A model generated the notes under the pieces. It was not told the DNA's origin, did not search any database, and worked only from the letters and a program-made list of their open reading frames with translations. A stretch of 26,773 nt of DNA from Acholeplasma sp. (GTDB taxonomy: Bacteria > Bacillota_I > Bacilli_A > Acholeplasmatales > UBA5453): NCBI GenBank assembly GCA_036677365.1, contig JAVBWN010000034.1, positions 1 through 26,773 on the forward strand. Direction: 5' to 3'. Each line of letters begins with the position of its first letter. The first letter of the stretch is position 1. The position numbers and the translations under genes are program-made. Below, piece after piece: positions 8,435 to 17,233 of the stretch.

Positions 8435-11400
8435 TTACTTCCAAGTCAACATTCTCACATCATAGACGTTCGATGCGAGAACTTCCCACTCTGTCCATTC
8501 TGTTGTTAAGACTGGATTTAAAACAGTAGATTTACGAACAAGTGTATGATCTTTTGTATAATCGGTTTCCCATTGTGCTGAAGTACCTGATGGTACTGCA
8601 GTTGTCCAAACACCGAGAACATCCACAAATGTCCAAACACTATCTACATTCTTAGCAATAGCAATAATGTCACCTTGTGTTCCATTAAATGCGTAACTAA
8701 ATGCGATTGCTCTATTTCCGTTGCCGATAGCTGCAATATCTGTTGCAAAGTTAGCAATATACGCAGAGTTAGAAGCATTAATCATATCTCCATGATAAAT
8801 TACTAAAACTTTACCGTGTTCTAGAACACCAGTTAATGCCGGACCAGCAATGTTTGCTGCAACTGGAGCTGCAGTTAAGTTGTTTAATGACCCTATCTTG
8901 TATTGAGTTAAGTCGACGGTTGCGCCTGTGTTGTTGTAAACTGCGATAACTTTTCTGTTACCAACGCTACCTTCCATATAATAAGAGATGAAAAGGTCTG
9001 ATGAATAAACAACAGGTTGTGTGTCTGTGCCTAAAGTGACTTCAAATGTTTGAACTTTAGTTGCTGCGTTAAGGGATAATGTTGCAGTTAATGTAACGAC
9101 AACTTGTCCACTTTGTGGCATCACGACTGCGCCAGTTGCTGGGTCGATTAATGCATTGTTTGAAGATGTCCAAACAATTGCAGAACCGTTAGAACCAGTT
9201 GTAGGTAATGTGATGGTTGTAGGTGCAGTGTGTGCTGCTGCAACAACTAATGCTGCTGCATCTGCGTCTACTAAATCTTGGTCAGATAATCCAACAACGA
9301 TGTTGAATTCTCTTGTTTCAGTAACTGAACCTAAAGTAATGGTTGCGGTTAATTTAACTGTAACTTGACCAGAAACTGGTAATGTAACGACACCTGCTGC
9401 TGTGATGACTGCTGCATTGTCGGTTGCCCAAGTAATTGCTGCGCCGTTAGCACCTGTTGCAGGTAATGTTAATGTTTGGTTAGATTTAACTTCAGCTGGT
9501 AATGTTAAGGCTACTTTATCACCAGCAACCTTAGTTGCATCTGTTAGAGCGACTTCAGTCACGATAGATGAATCTGTGAAATATAGGTAAGGGTTATTTA
9601 ACCAAGCCAATACATTAGTAACAGAAACTTCTTTACCAACAGTTAAGGTACCCAATAAGGTAGCTGCTGCAGAAGATAATACAACGCGAGAGTCCCACTT
9701 CATAAGAATGGTTCTACCTGTTGCAACTTGAGTTAATGTTAATGTAACGTTATTGAATGAATCAGATGCGCGGTTTGTAACCTTTAATTGAGTTAATGTG
9801 ACTAGTCTGCCTTGATAAGGTAACATATCTGTTGCATTTAATGCGACAGCGTCAACATTCACTGCAGTAACAGTACCTGTTGTACCTAATGCTTTGATAT
9901 CGGACGGTGCCATTTGTCTTAAGCCATTGAATGCACCTCTAGTACCGATGACTTCAACATCTTTACCTACGTTTGCTTTTAATAATGCCAACATGGTAGC
10001 GTTTGATGTATAGATTGCGATACCAGCTTCACCTTGTTGGATGAAGTATGTTCTGTAGTATTCAGATGCTGTAACCGTACCTTGAACACGGTAAACTGTA
10101 GAGTTTACTGGAGCATCCACCACTTGTTGAACGGTGGATAGAGGGATTTGTCCGACTTTAACAACGAATGTTTGAACGCCGGAAGCAGCACCCTTAGTAA
10201 TGGTTGCTGTTAATGTAACGGCTGTTTGTGATCCAGCCACTGGTGTTACAACACCTGTAGTAGGGTTGATTAAGTCATTATTTGAGGAGGTCCAAACGAT
10301 GGTTGTACCGAGTAGATCTGTAGGTAATGTCAATGTAGCGGCAGTTTCTTGAATTGCAGGTAGACCCGCGATTGCTTGAATCTTAGCTGCGTCAACAGAT
10401 TCTTGATCGGTCATAGGTAAGACTTCGATATCTGCAGCAACACCGGTGAAGATGAATGTGAAGATGGTTCTGTCTGTTCTATATGAATATAGGAAAACAT
10501 TAAGTTTAACCTTGAGACCGTCAAATTCACGTAATGCTGCCATGTTTGATTTGTAATAAATCATTAATGCATTCGGTGTGAATGGTGAGTTTGCAGACGA
10601 ATTGATATCCGGACCAGCAAAATCAAAGTCAACTAGGAATGTATTATAGTTAGCATCACTTGTAGGTTGTACTCTTACTTTACCTTCAATTTGTAGGTAT
10701 GCATAAGGGAATGGTGCTGTTTGTGTAAATGTTTGTGGTAAGGTTGCGATGTATTGAGTGATTGTACCTGGTAATGCAGCTGGTTCTAGTACTTTCGCAG
10801 GTTCTGTAGAAGCCTTAAGGATGGTAGGCATTTCAGCACTCTTAGTACCATTGAATTGCCATGAACCAAAGTAGTAATCTACGAAACCGGTGATATCATA
10901 AACGTCACCAACTTTAATTGATGCTGCTGGTGTACCGCTTGTGAATACGAATAATAAGCTTGCGCCATCATAAATCATGTAACCATCGCCAGAGATACCA
11001 ACGACTGTTACGGCTTCAATCTTAGCGTATGTGTCAGGTGCTGGTGATAATTGTCTATTTGCGACAGATAGAGCGATTGCGGCTTGGATGGATGCTACTT
11101 CTGTGTATGGTGCGAACGATAATACGACAACATCAAATGTCTTAGTATCTGAAGAGGTACCTTTGGTTAAGGTAGCTGTTAAGGTAACAGTGACATTTTC
11201 AGATTGACGGTTAACTTTACCATCGTTGCCAATGACATCTGGATTGCTTGAAGACCAAGTAACGGTGACACCGTCAGAACCTACAGTGGTAGGTAATACT
11301 AAGTCAGCAGCAACACCATTGCCGATACCAGCAAGGAGTAATGCGTCTTTCGCTTCTGCGACTGCAACGCTGTTAGGTTTAACATTGATTGCAGGGACAG

Positions 11401-12037
11401 TGATGATGAATTCTCTGGTTGCATCACCAACGGAAGCAACTAGAATGACTGTTTGGTCGGATTGACCCCACGCTGGACGTACAACTTTACCAGCAGTATT
11501 GATGACTGCAGTGTTTGGTGACGACCAAGTGATGTCTAACTTCATTGATCTTGTAGGTAAGAACAAATCAGTTGTGGTGGTATATCTGCCAGTAGATTCA
11601 TTGTAAACCAATGTGCTACTGAAAATTTGAAGTGCTGCAAGCGCTTCTTCAGGTGTTGCGGCTGCTTCTGCAGCTTTAACTGTGAGTGAGAACACTTTTG
11701 TATCACTGACTTCACGTAATGTTAACGTTGCTGTGAGCGTTACGACTGTGTCTGCGTTTGGTCTAGTAACCACGCCGGCATTGGAAATGACAGCTGTATT
11801 GCTAGATACCCAAGTAATGGTAATTTCACCAAGTGCGCTTGGTAATGTTACATTTCTTGTTACGCTGGATGCGGAATCGCCTTGTCCATAGACTAAAGCC
11901 ACTTGATCTAATGCTGCTTCAACAGCCTCTTTGTCTGGGTTTGCAGGTGTTTCACATGCAACCAAGCCAAGAATTGCTACTAGCGTTAGAACTAGTGCGA
12001 CGATACCTTTTGTGAAACTGAATCTTTTGGTACTCAT
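8435..12037 (-). CDS. 1200-aa surface lipoprotein: six bacterial Ig-like repeats, ~four OB-fold-like domains, C-terminal lamin-tail domain; no recognisable catalytic domain
   Basis: Lipobox LVAC; six repeats of LP..(I/V)xWxSxN..VI...G.V..P...VTLTAT....F; OB-like segments (GYMIYDG..VGDVYDITG..YFGSWQ; YFIQQGEAGIAIY..VGKDVEVIG..FNGLRQ; YQGRLVTL); LTD DLFISYYMEG..NRKVIAVYNNTGATVDL..DHTLVRK. Confidence 0.8.
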   Translation of the reverse strand: MSTKRFSFTKGIVALVLTLVAILGLVACETPANPDKEAVEAALDQVALVYGQGDSASSVTRNVTLPSALGEITITWVSSNTAVISNAGVVTRPNADTVVTLTATLTLREVSDTKVFSLTVKAAEAAATPEEALAALQIFSSTLVYNESTGRYTTTTDLFLPTRSMKLDITWSSPNTAVINTAGKVVRPAWGQSDQTVILVASVGDATREFIITVPAINVKPNSVAVAEAKDALLLAGIGNGVAADLVLPTTVGSDGVTVTWSSSNPDVIGNDGKVNRQSENVTVTLTATLTKGTSSDTKTFDVVVLSFAPYTEVASIQAAIALSVANRQLSPAPDTYAKIEAVTVVGISGDGYMIYDGASLLFVFTSGTPAASIKVGDVYDITGFVDYYFGSWQFNGTKSAEMPTILKASTEPAKVLEPAALPGTITQYIATLPQTFTQTAPFPYAYLQIEGKVRVQPTSDANYNTFLVDFDFAGPDINSSANSPFTPNALMIYYKSNMAALREFDGLKVKLNVFLYSYRTDRTIFTFIFTGVAADIEVLPMTDQESVDAAKIQAIAGLPAIQETAATLTLPTDLLGTTIVWTSSNNDLINPTTGVVTPVAGSQTAVTLTATITKGAASGVQTFVVKVGQIPLSTVQQVVDAPVNSTVYRVQGTVTASEYYRTYFIQQGEAGIAIYTSNATMLALLKANVGKDVEVIGTRGAFNGLRQMAPSDIKALGTTGTVTAVNVDAVALNATDMLPYQGRLVTLTQLKVTNRASDSFNNVTLTLTQVATGRTILMKWDSRVVLSSAAATLLGTLTVGKEVSVTNVLAWLNNPYLYFTDSSIVTEVALTDATKVAGDKVALTLPAEVKSNQTLTLPATGANGAAITWATDNAAVITAAGVVTLPVSGQVTVKLTATITLGSVTETREFNIVVGLSDQDLVDADAAALVVAAAHTAPTTITLPTTGSNGSAIVWTSSNNALIDPATGAVVMPQSGQVVVTLTATLSLNAATKVQTFEVTLGTDTQPVVYSSDLFISYYMEGSVGNRKVIAVYNNTGATVDLTQYKIGSLNNLTAAPVAANIAGPALTGVLEHGKVLVIYHGDMINASNSAYIANFATDIAAIGNGNRAIAFSYAFNGTQGDIIAIAKNVDSVWTFVDVLGVWTTAVPSGTSAQWETDYTKDHTLVRKSTVLNPVLTTEWTEWEVLASNVYDVRMLTWK

Positions 12038-12059
12038 TTTCGACTTTCTTCCTCCATTT

Positions 12060-13736
12060 TTAATTATTAAATTCTATACTGCCCATCCCTGGTAACATCA
12101 ATTGATAACCGGAGTTAAATTGTGTGACTGGGGCTGTAACCGAGAATTGTGCGCCTACACTAAATGTGTAGCTTGGAACGACTTTCGCCGTATAATCATC
12201 GACGCGAATATTGATGGTGTTGTTGTTTGAATCTCTTGCTACCACAGTGTATGCGTCGGTGGTTAAACCGGATTGAGACAATTGAATCTGTGTCACGGTC
12301 AAACCATCGATTCTAATCACTCTTCCTACATATTGGGAGACCTGATTGGCTGCGATGGTATTGATCACTACTGGGTTACCTGTCGATAACAAAATCATGT
12401 TGTCAATCGAATAGTTAGATAACTGTTTTGATTGGAAATAAACGGCAGGTACTAAACCTTGAATAGTTACTTCATATCCAATTTGTAATTCATTGGTCAT
12501 GACATAACCTGCATACATGTAAATACCGCGATTGTCATCTTCGATATATACACTGTTACCTACTTTCGAAGTGATGACCCCCGAAATCGTAACTTTCTTA
12601 CCTACATAATCATTAAAATTATCCAGTAAAGTCCCGATATCGATTGGTGTACCACTCGTCGAGTAGTCAAAATCTGGGTCAACTTCGCCATAGATGCGTC
12701 TGCCTGTAAGTTGGGTTTCTGCTTGTGCGGTGATAAATACGGTTCCGTATTGAGTCGATGCAACAGCACTGGTCCAAGCGTAGGCTTCTTCGACTAGTTC
12801 GAGGTTGAGTAATCTTGTCTTACCATCTTTGATGTACCAAACCCAAGCTAAATAACGACCGTTACCATCGGTTCTTGTGCCTTCGGCTTGAAGAATGATG
12901 GTTTCTGCGTTGTCGAGTTTTTCTCTAACAAAGTTGGCAGCTTTGATGCCCCATGGTTCATATTTAGATGTCGCTTCAGGTGCATCAATACCTAAGTATC
13001 GAACAGTGAATCTTTCACCTGTTACGGAATCTCTGAAATTGGTGGTGTCTGCGTCCGTATGGGTCGTGATGGTAACCACGCCAATACCATCATTGATGAA
13101 CGATTTTCCAATGTAGGATACAGCGAGCTGTAATCCATCGGTATGGTTCGTATCGAATGGTGGGACAACGACATTGATTTTGCGAATAACTGTGGTAGAT
13201 AATCCACTATTCATCGCTTGGTAAGTCACATAATAAACACCTATTTGATAGAAGTTTACTTCAGATAGTGTGTTATTATTACTATCCTTGATTTCTAATA
13301 CATAGAAGAAATTGCCAAACGGTATATTATTACCTTTAAAGTCTGTGGCCGTTACACCTTCATAAATATCGAATGTTGGTGGGTTCCCTTGTACTGAGAC
13401 ATAAACCGAAGCCTCATCTGCACCGTTGATGACTGGTGCAGATGGGACTGGAATTGCGATTTCAATACGAATGGTGATGGTTTTGTCGACTTTATCGGCT
13501 ACATTATATCCGACGTATCTAATAAAGGTTCCCGCTGCAATGGTGCTACTTTGAACCTCTCTAAATTGTACTGTAATGCCAACTTCTTCAAATATTGCTT
13601 CAATTTCAGCTTGTGTCTTGCCCGACAACTCAGGGAGTGTGTATCTTGTATCTTCAATAACTGGTGGGTTTTCAACACAACCAGTCAATGTGAATACGAA
13701 TACGGCAAGTAGCAATAAGAAGAATGCCTTTTTCAA
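12060..13736 (-). CDS. Lipoprotein nuclease: PASTA-like + Ig-like + thermonuclease (SNase) + 2x OB-fold
   Basis: TTG start 1 nt after the upstream TAA; lipobox LTGC; LPELSG PASTA-like; APVING..GVTATD Ig-like; SNase TDADT, RYLGIDAPE, DGNGRYLAW and LLNLELV; OB-like YVGKKVTISGVIT..VYIEDDNRGIY and YVGRVIRIDG..TQFNSGYQL. Confidence 0.85.
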   Translation of the reverse strand: MKKAFFLLLLAVFVFTLTGCVENPPVIEDTRYTLPELSGKTQAEIEAIFEEVGITVQFREVQSSTIAAGTFIRYVGYNVADKVDKTITIRIEIAIPVPSAPVINGADEASVYVSVQGNPPTFDIYEGVTATDFKGNNIPFGNFFYVLEIKDSNNNTLSEVNFYQIGVYYVTYQAMNSGLSTTVIRKINVVVPPFDTNHTDGLQLAVSYIGKSFINDGIGVVTITTHTDADTTNFRDSVTGERFTVRYLGIDAPEATSKYEPWGIKAANFVREKLDNAETIILQAEGTRTDGNGRYLAWVWYIKDGKTRLLNLELVEEAYAWTSAVASTQYGTVFITAQAETQLTGRRIYGEVDPDFDYSTSGTPIDIGTLLDNFNDYVGKKVTISGVITSKVGNSVYIEDDNRGIYMYAGYVMTNELQIGYEVTIQGLVPAVYFQSKQLSNYSIDNMILLSTGNPVVINTIAANQVSQYVGRVIRIDGLTVTQIQLSQSGLTTDAYTVVARDSNNNTINIRVDDYTAKVVPSYTFSVGAQFSVTAPVTQFNSGYQLMLPGMGSIEFNN

Positions 13737-13737
13737 A

Positions 13738-15672
13738 TTAAGATCCGCCTAGGTTTGCCTCAGTGAAGGCATCTTGTAATGCAGCGGCGATGTTTCCGTC
13801 CCCAAGCATGATTCTTTCAAGTGCAAGACCTACTTGTGTTCTCGCTCTAGAAGAACCGATGAATGCTGGGTCATAGTACATGTTATTTCTTTGTAGATAT
13901 GCCGCATTCGCTGCCATAGAAATATATAATTGGTTGGCAGTTGGGTTGGTTAAGAAGTTTTGATATGTTGTGGATTCATAAGCACTGGTTCTAACAGGTA
14001 GATAACCGGTTTGCATAGCCCAGTCAGTGGTGTTTTCTAAGCTAATTAAGTGCTTTAAGAATAACCATGAAGCGAGTTGTTGTTGTGCAGTACCTGTCTT
14101 CATCAAGGAAATATTTGTACCTTGTTGGATGACTGCTTTCGCATTAGGCTTCGCTGCATTGTAAGGCACTGGTGCTACACCAATTTGGAACACTGGTTGA
14201 CCTGTTGTTGGGTCTGAAGAAGGTACGTTGTAACGAACACCTGCAGATGAACCAATAGTAACGAATGTTTGTTGGTTAACGAATGGGGTAGATGCATATT
14301 GTTGATCCCAGAATTCTGGTAATGTGATGACTGACTTGTTGTCTTTCAAGAATTGCATCGCTGCGGTTGTGTTCGCATTATTAACCCATAGGTATTCACC
14401 TTTAAATGTTTGGTAGTTAAGTGCGGTATATCCACCTTCAAATTGTCTGGTGAATGTGATGAACGCGTTACCTGTTGAGTCATAAGACGCAGGCACGATC
14501 AAGGCTTTAGCAGCGGCGATGAGCGGTGCCAATGCCATTTCAGTCATACCTGGGTTAGCCGCTCTGACCTTGGCTTCTGCAATCGCATCCCCATAAGTTT
14601 TCAATGCCGGTGCAGCAGCAATGATGTCTTGCCAGGTTTGTGGCACTGGTAATGACAATGCATCAAACGCTGTCTTGTTATAAATCATCACTTCAGTGGA
14701 TTTGTTGAATGGTAATGAATAATATGTTCCTGCTGCGTCATATTGGCTGTTTTCATCTAAGTAGGATTGGATGATATCCGTTAATGCATCTGGACCATTG
14801 AGACCCCATGTGGTGGAGTTGATGTATGGATTTAAGTTTAATACCGCTTTACCATTGAGGTATTCAGCGACATGGTCTGGATATGCTTGTACTAAGTTAG
14901 GCATAGCATTCGCTGTAATCGCGTTGATCATGTTGGTCTTTAAAGTATCATAGTTACCAACACCTGCAGGGATGACTACAGTGACATTTGGATATTTTTG
15001 TTTGAAGGATGCTGCATACTTTTCAAGCAATGCTTGGTTGGATGCACCCATCGCATGCCATAACGTAATTTCGATTGGGTCGGTTGTTAATTGGAACGGA
15101 ATATCGGAAACAGCAACCGTTACGGTGATGGTAGCAGATGCTCTCACGCCTGCTTGATTCGTAACTCTTACAGTTAACGTATATTGTCCTGGGGTATCCA
15201 ATAACAATGTGCCTGTGACTTGAATCGATGTTGTGATGTTGCCATCTACTGGGTCGATTGCAGTAACACCAGCGATTGGGTTGAAGTCACCAGAACCGAT
15301 GTAATAGGTTTGTTGAGCTTTAATCCCATTGAGTACTGGTGGCAACGCTGCAGTCGTACCTTCAACGGTTAAATTGATGGTAACGATGGTTTCATTGCCA
15401 GCAGAGTCGGTAACTTTTAAGGTAATGACATATGTACCAGCGAAATTTAAATCGTCTTGGTCAAAACCACTTACCACAATTTTATCTGTTAAATTGCCAT
15501 CTTCGCGGTCGTTAGCTGTAACACCGTCTAGAGGGTTGTACGAGCCACCTTGTTGCACGACTGGGTTGAGTTGTGCACCAGAGATGGTTGGCGCTTGGTC
15601 TCTTTGCTTAGCACATGCGGTTAACATGACAATCGCAAACAGAACGATTAAAAGCGAAGTAATTCTCTTCAT
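13738..15672 (-). CDS. ABC transporter substrate-binding lipoprotein (CUT1/UgpB-like) with two N-terminal Ig-like (DUF5011-like) domains
   Basis: Lipobox LTAC; two repeats APTISG..PLDGVTAND.EDG.LT..G.Y..T..VTD and PPVLNG..PIAGVTAID.VDG.IT..G.Y.LT..VTN; SBP motifs EITLWHAM, YSLPFNKSTEVMIYNK and TGYLPV; RBS AGGAGG. Confidence 0.88.
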   Translation of the reverse strand: MKRITSLLIVLFAIVMLTACAKQRDQAPTISGAQLNPVVQQGGSYNPLDGVTANDREDGNLTDKIVVSGFDQDDLNFAGTYVITLKVTDSAGNETIVTINLTVEGTTAALPPVLNGIKAQQTYYIGSGDFNPIAGVTAIDPVDGNITTSIQVTGTLLLDTPGQYTLTVRVTNQAGVRASATITVTVAVSDIPFQLTTDPIEITLWHAMGASNQALLEKYAASFKQKYPNVTVVIPAGVGNYDTLKTNMINAITANAMPNLVQAYPDHVAEYLNGKAVLNLNPYINSTTWGLNGPDALTDIIQSYLDENSQYDAAGTYYSLPFNKSTEVMIYNKTAFDALSLPVPQTWQDIIAAAPALKTYGDAIAEAKVRAANPGMTEMALAPLIAAAKALIVPASYDSTGNAFITFTRQFEGGYTALNYQTFKGEYLWVNNANTTAAMQFLKDNKSVITLPEFWDQQYASTPFVNQQTFVTIGSSAGVRYNVPSSDPTTGQPVFQIGVAPVPYNAAKPNAKAVIQQGTNISLMKTGTAQQQLASWLFLKHLISLENTTDWAMQTGYLPVRTSAYESTTYQNFLTNPTANQLYISMAANAAYLQRNNMYYDPAFIGSSRARTQVGLALERIMLGDGNIAAALQDAFTEANLGGS

Positions 15673-15737
15673 TTGTGTCCTCCTAATGAATTTTATGATT
15701 AGCAGCCTGGGGCTGTAAATCCCAAATCGGGTAAATC

Positions 15738-17225
15738 TTATCCTTTGGTTCCACTTCTACCCACACCACGGATGATGTATTTCTTGAGTGAGAAGAAAAT
15801 GATGAGTAGTGGTACGGTAACTAAAGCAGTCGCTGCCAACTGAATGTTGTAAACCGGTCTAGCGTCTGAGCCTGAACCGACAACGAAGCTGGTGCTACGT
15901 AAAGCGACGGAAATCAACCAGTTCTTTTGACTTGGTGCAACCAATTGTGGCCAAATGTAGGCGTCCCACGCACCGATGGCTGATAAAATCGTAATCGTTG
16001 TGATGGTTGGTCTTGCGATTGGAATCATGACTCTTGTCAAATATTTGAAATCGCCACAACCATCGACTTGAGCGGCTCTGTAAAGCGAATCTGGGATTTG
16101 CTTAAAGGATTGTCTCAAGAAGAAAATGTAGAATACAGAGGTCATGAATGGAAAGATCAGTGCTGCGAATGAGTCATACCATCCAAGGTTTCTAACGGTA
16201 ATGTAGTTGGTAATGGTGTAAAGTTCACCTGGAATCATCATGGTCATGAGCAGGATAGAGAAGATGAATTCTCTACCTTTGAAGTCTAATCGCGAGAACG
16301 CAAAGGCTGCCAAGATGGTGGTGGTAACTGTACCAACCATCGATATTAAACCAACGGTTACAGTATTACCAAGATAACGCCAGAAACTGAATCTTGTGAA
16401 TGCGACTTTGAAGTTGACCCATTGCATTTCATCCAAGCCAATGAAGAATCTTGGGTTGAGACGTGTGGTGAGTTCAACGTGCGTCTTTAAAGCGGTGAGG
16501 ATCATCCAGTAGAATGGGATGAAAATGAATATCGCGATGAAGGTTAGGAAGGTGTACATAGCTACCAATCCAAAGGTCTTCATGATCAAGTCATTACGAC
16601 CGACACGTTCTAGGTCCTGTTGTGATAACGACCCCTTGCGTTCGATTTCAGCGTCTATTTTCATTTGACGCGCTTTTTCTTTACCAAACTTTTGAATGTT
16701 GTTCTTATATTCTGCGCGGCGTGCGAAGAAAGCTTTTGTGCTGTTAACCAAACTCACAAAGAATTTGCCAATGGCTTTAAAGCCTTCGATGAACCCTTTG
16801 CCTAAGTTGTAGTTTTGGATGATGAGCATCATCTTGTTTGCTGTGATGAAACGGATGATGGCTGATGCTGGGTTACCTGTGAAAAATGCCATGAATGCAT
16901 ATAACACTTGTGAACGATAGTCCCATGGATCCAACTCAATGGTTTCTTTATCTGCAACACGCTTGATGTGTTTTACAGCGGTAGGTACGAATACGAGTAG
17001 GTAACCTACCAATAAGGAAATCATCACGTTCATTTGTGCTGAAGTCACCTTAATGAATCCAAAGAAAATGTATTCTGCGCTGACAACATCAGTAATGACC
17101 GCCGGTTCAACGAGAATGTAGAAGAAGTACCCGAGTACAACCATGTAAATCAATGCATATGCAATATCAATCAGTGTAGCGATCAGGTCTAGACGCTTAA
17201 TTTCTTTAGTAATTCTTTTCATCAT
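15738..17225 (-). CDS. ABC transporter permease (MalG/UgpE-like) with ~210-aa N-terminal extension
   Basis: PFYWM..ALK, AAFAFSRLDFKGRE, EAA-like IPDSLYRAAQVDG and WDAYIWP in the C-terminal ~280 aa; extra TM helices and a charged linker at the N-terminus. Confidence 0.88.
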   Translation of the reverse strand: MMKRITKEIKRLDLIATLIDIAYALIYMVVLGYFFYILVEPAVITDVVSAEYIFFGFIKVTSAQMNVMISLLVGYLLVFVPTAVKHIKRVADKETIELDPWDYRSQVLYAFMAFFTGNPASAIIRFITANKMMLIIQNYNLGKGFIEGFKAIGKFFVSLVNSTKAFFARRAEYKNNIQKFGKEKARQMKIDAEIERKGSLSQQDLERVGRNDLIMKTFGLVAMYTFLTFIAIFIFIPFYWMILTALKTHVELTTRLNPRFFIGLDEMQWVNFKVAFTRFSFWRYLGNTVTVGLISMVGTVTTTILAAFAFSRLDFKGREFIFSILLMTMMIPGELYTITNYITVRNLGWYDSFAALIFPFMTSVFYIFFLRQSFKQIPDSLYRAAQVDGCGDFKYLTRVMIPIARPTITTITILSAIGAWDAYIWPQLVAPSQKNWLISVALRSTSFVVGSGSDARPVYNIQLAATALVTVPLLIIFFSLKKYIIRGVGRSGTKG

Positions 17226-17233
17226 TAAGCCTC

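Noticed and set aside
9156..12015. Short plus-strand ORFs inside the 1200-aa gene
   Set aside because: They are antisense shadows of a long gene with biased codon usage; no recognisable motifs.
8435..12037. Repeats in the large lipoprotein as a CRISPR array, DNA tandem repeat or phase-variable/DGR cassette
   Set aside because: The repeats are diverged protein-level Ig units. No identical nucleotide repeats with spacers, reverse transcriptase, recombinase or cas gene is visible.
14771..15718. Plus-strand ORFs of 60-129 aa opposite the SBP gene, and similar short overlapping ORFs elsewhere in the track
   Set aside because: They overlap well-supported CDSs, mostly antisense, and have no domain-like features.
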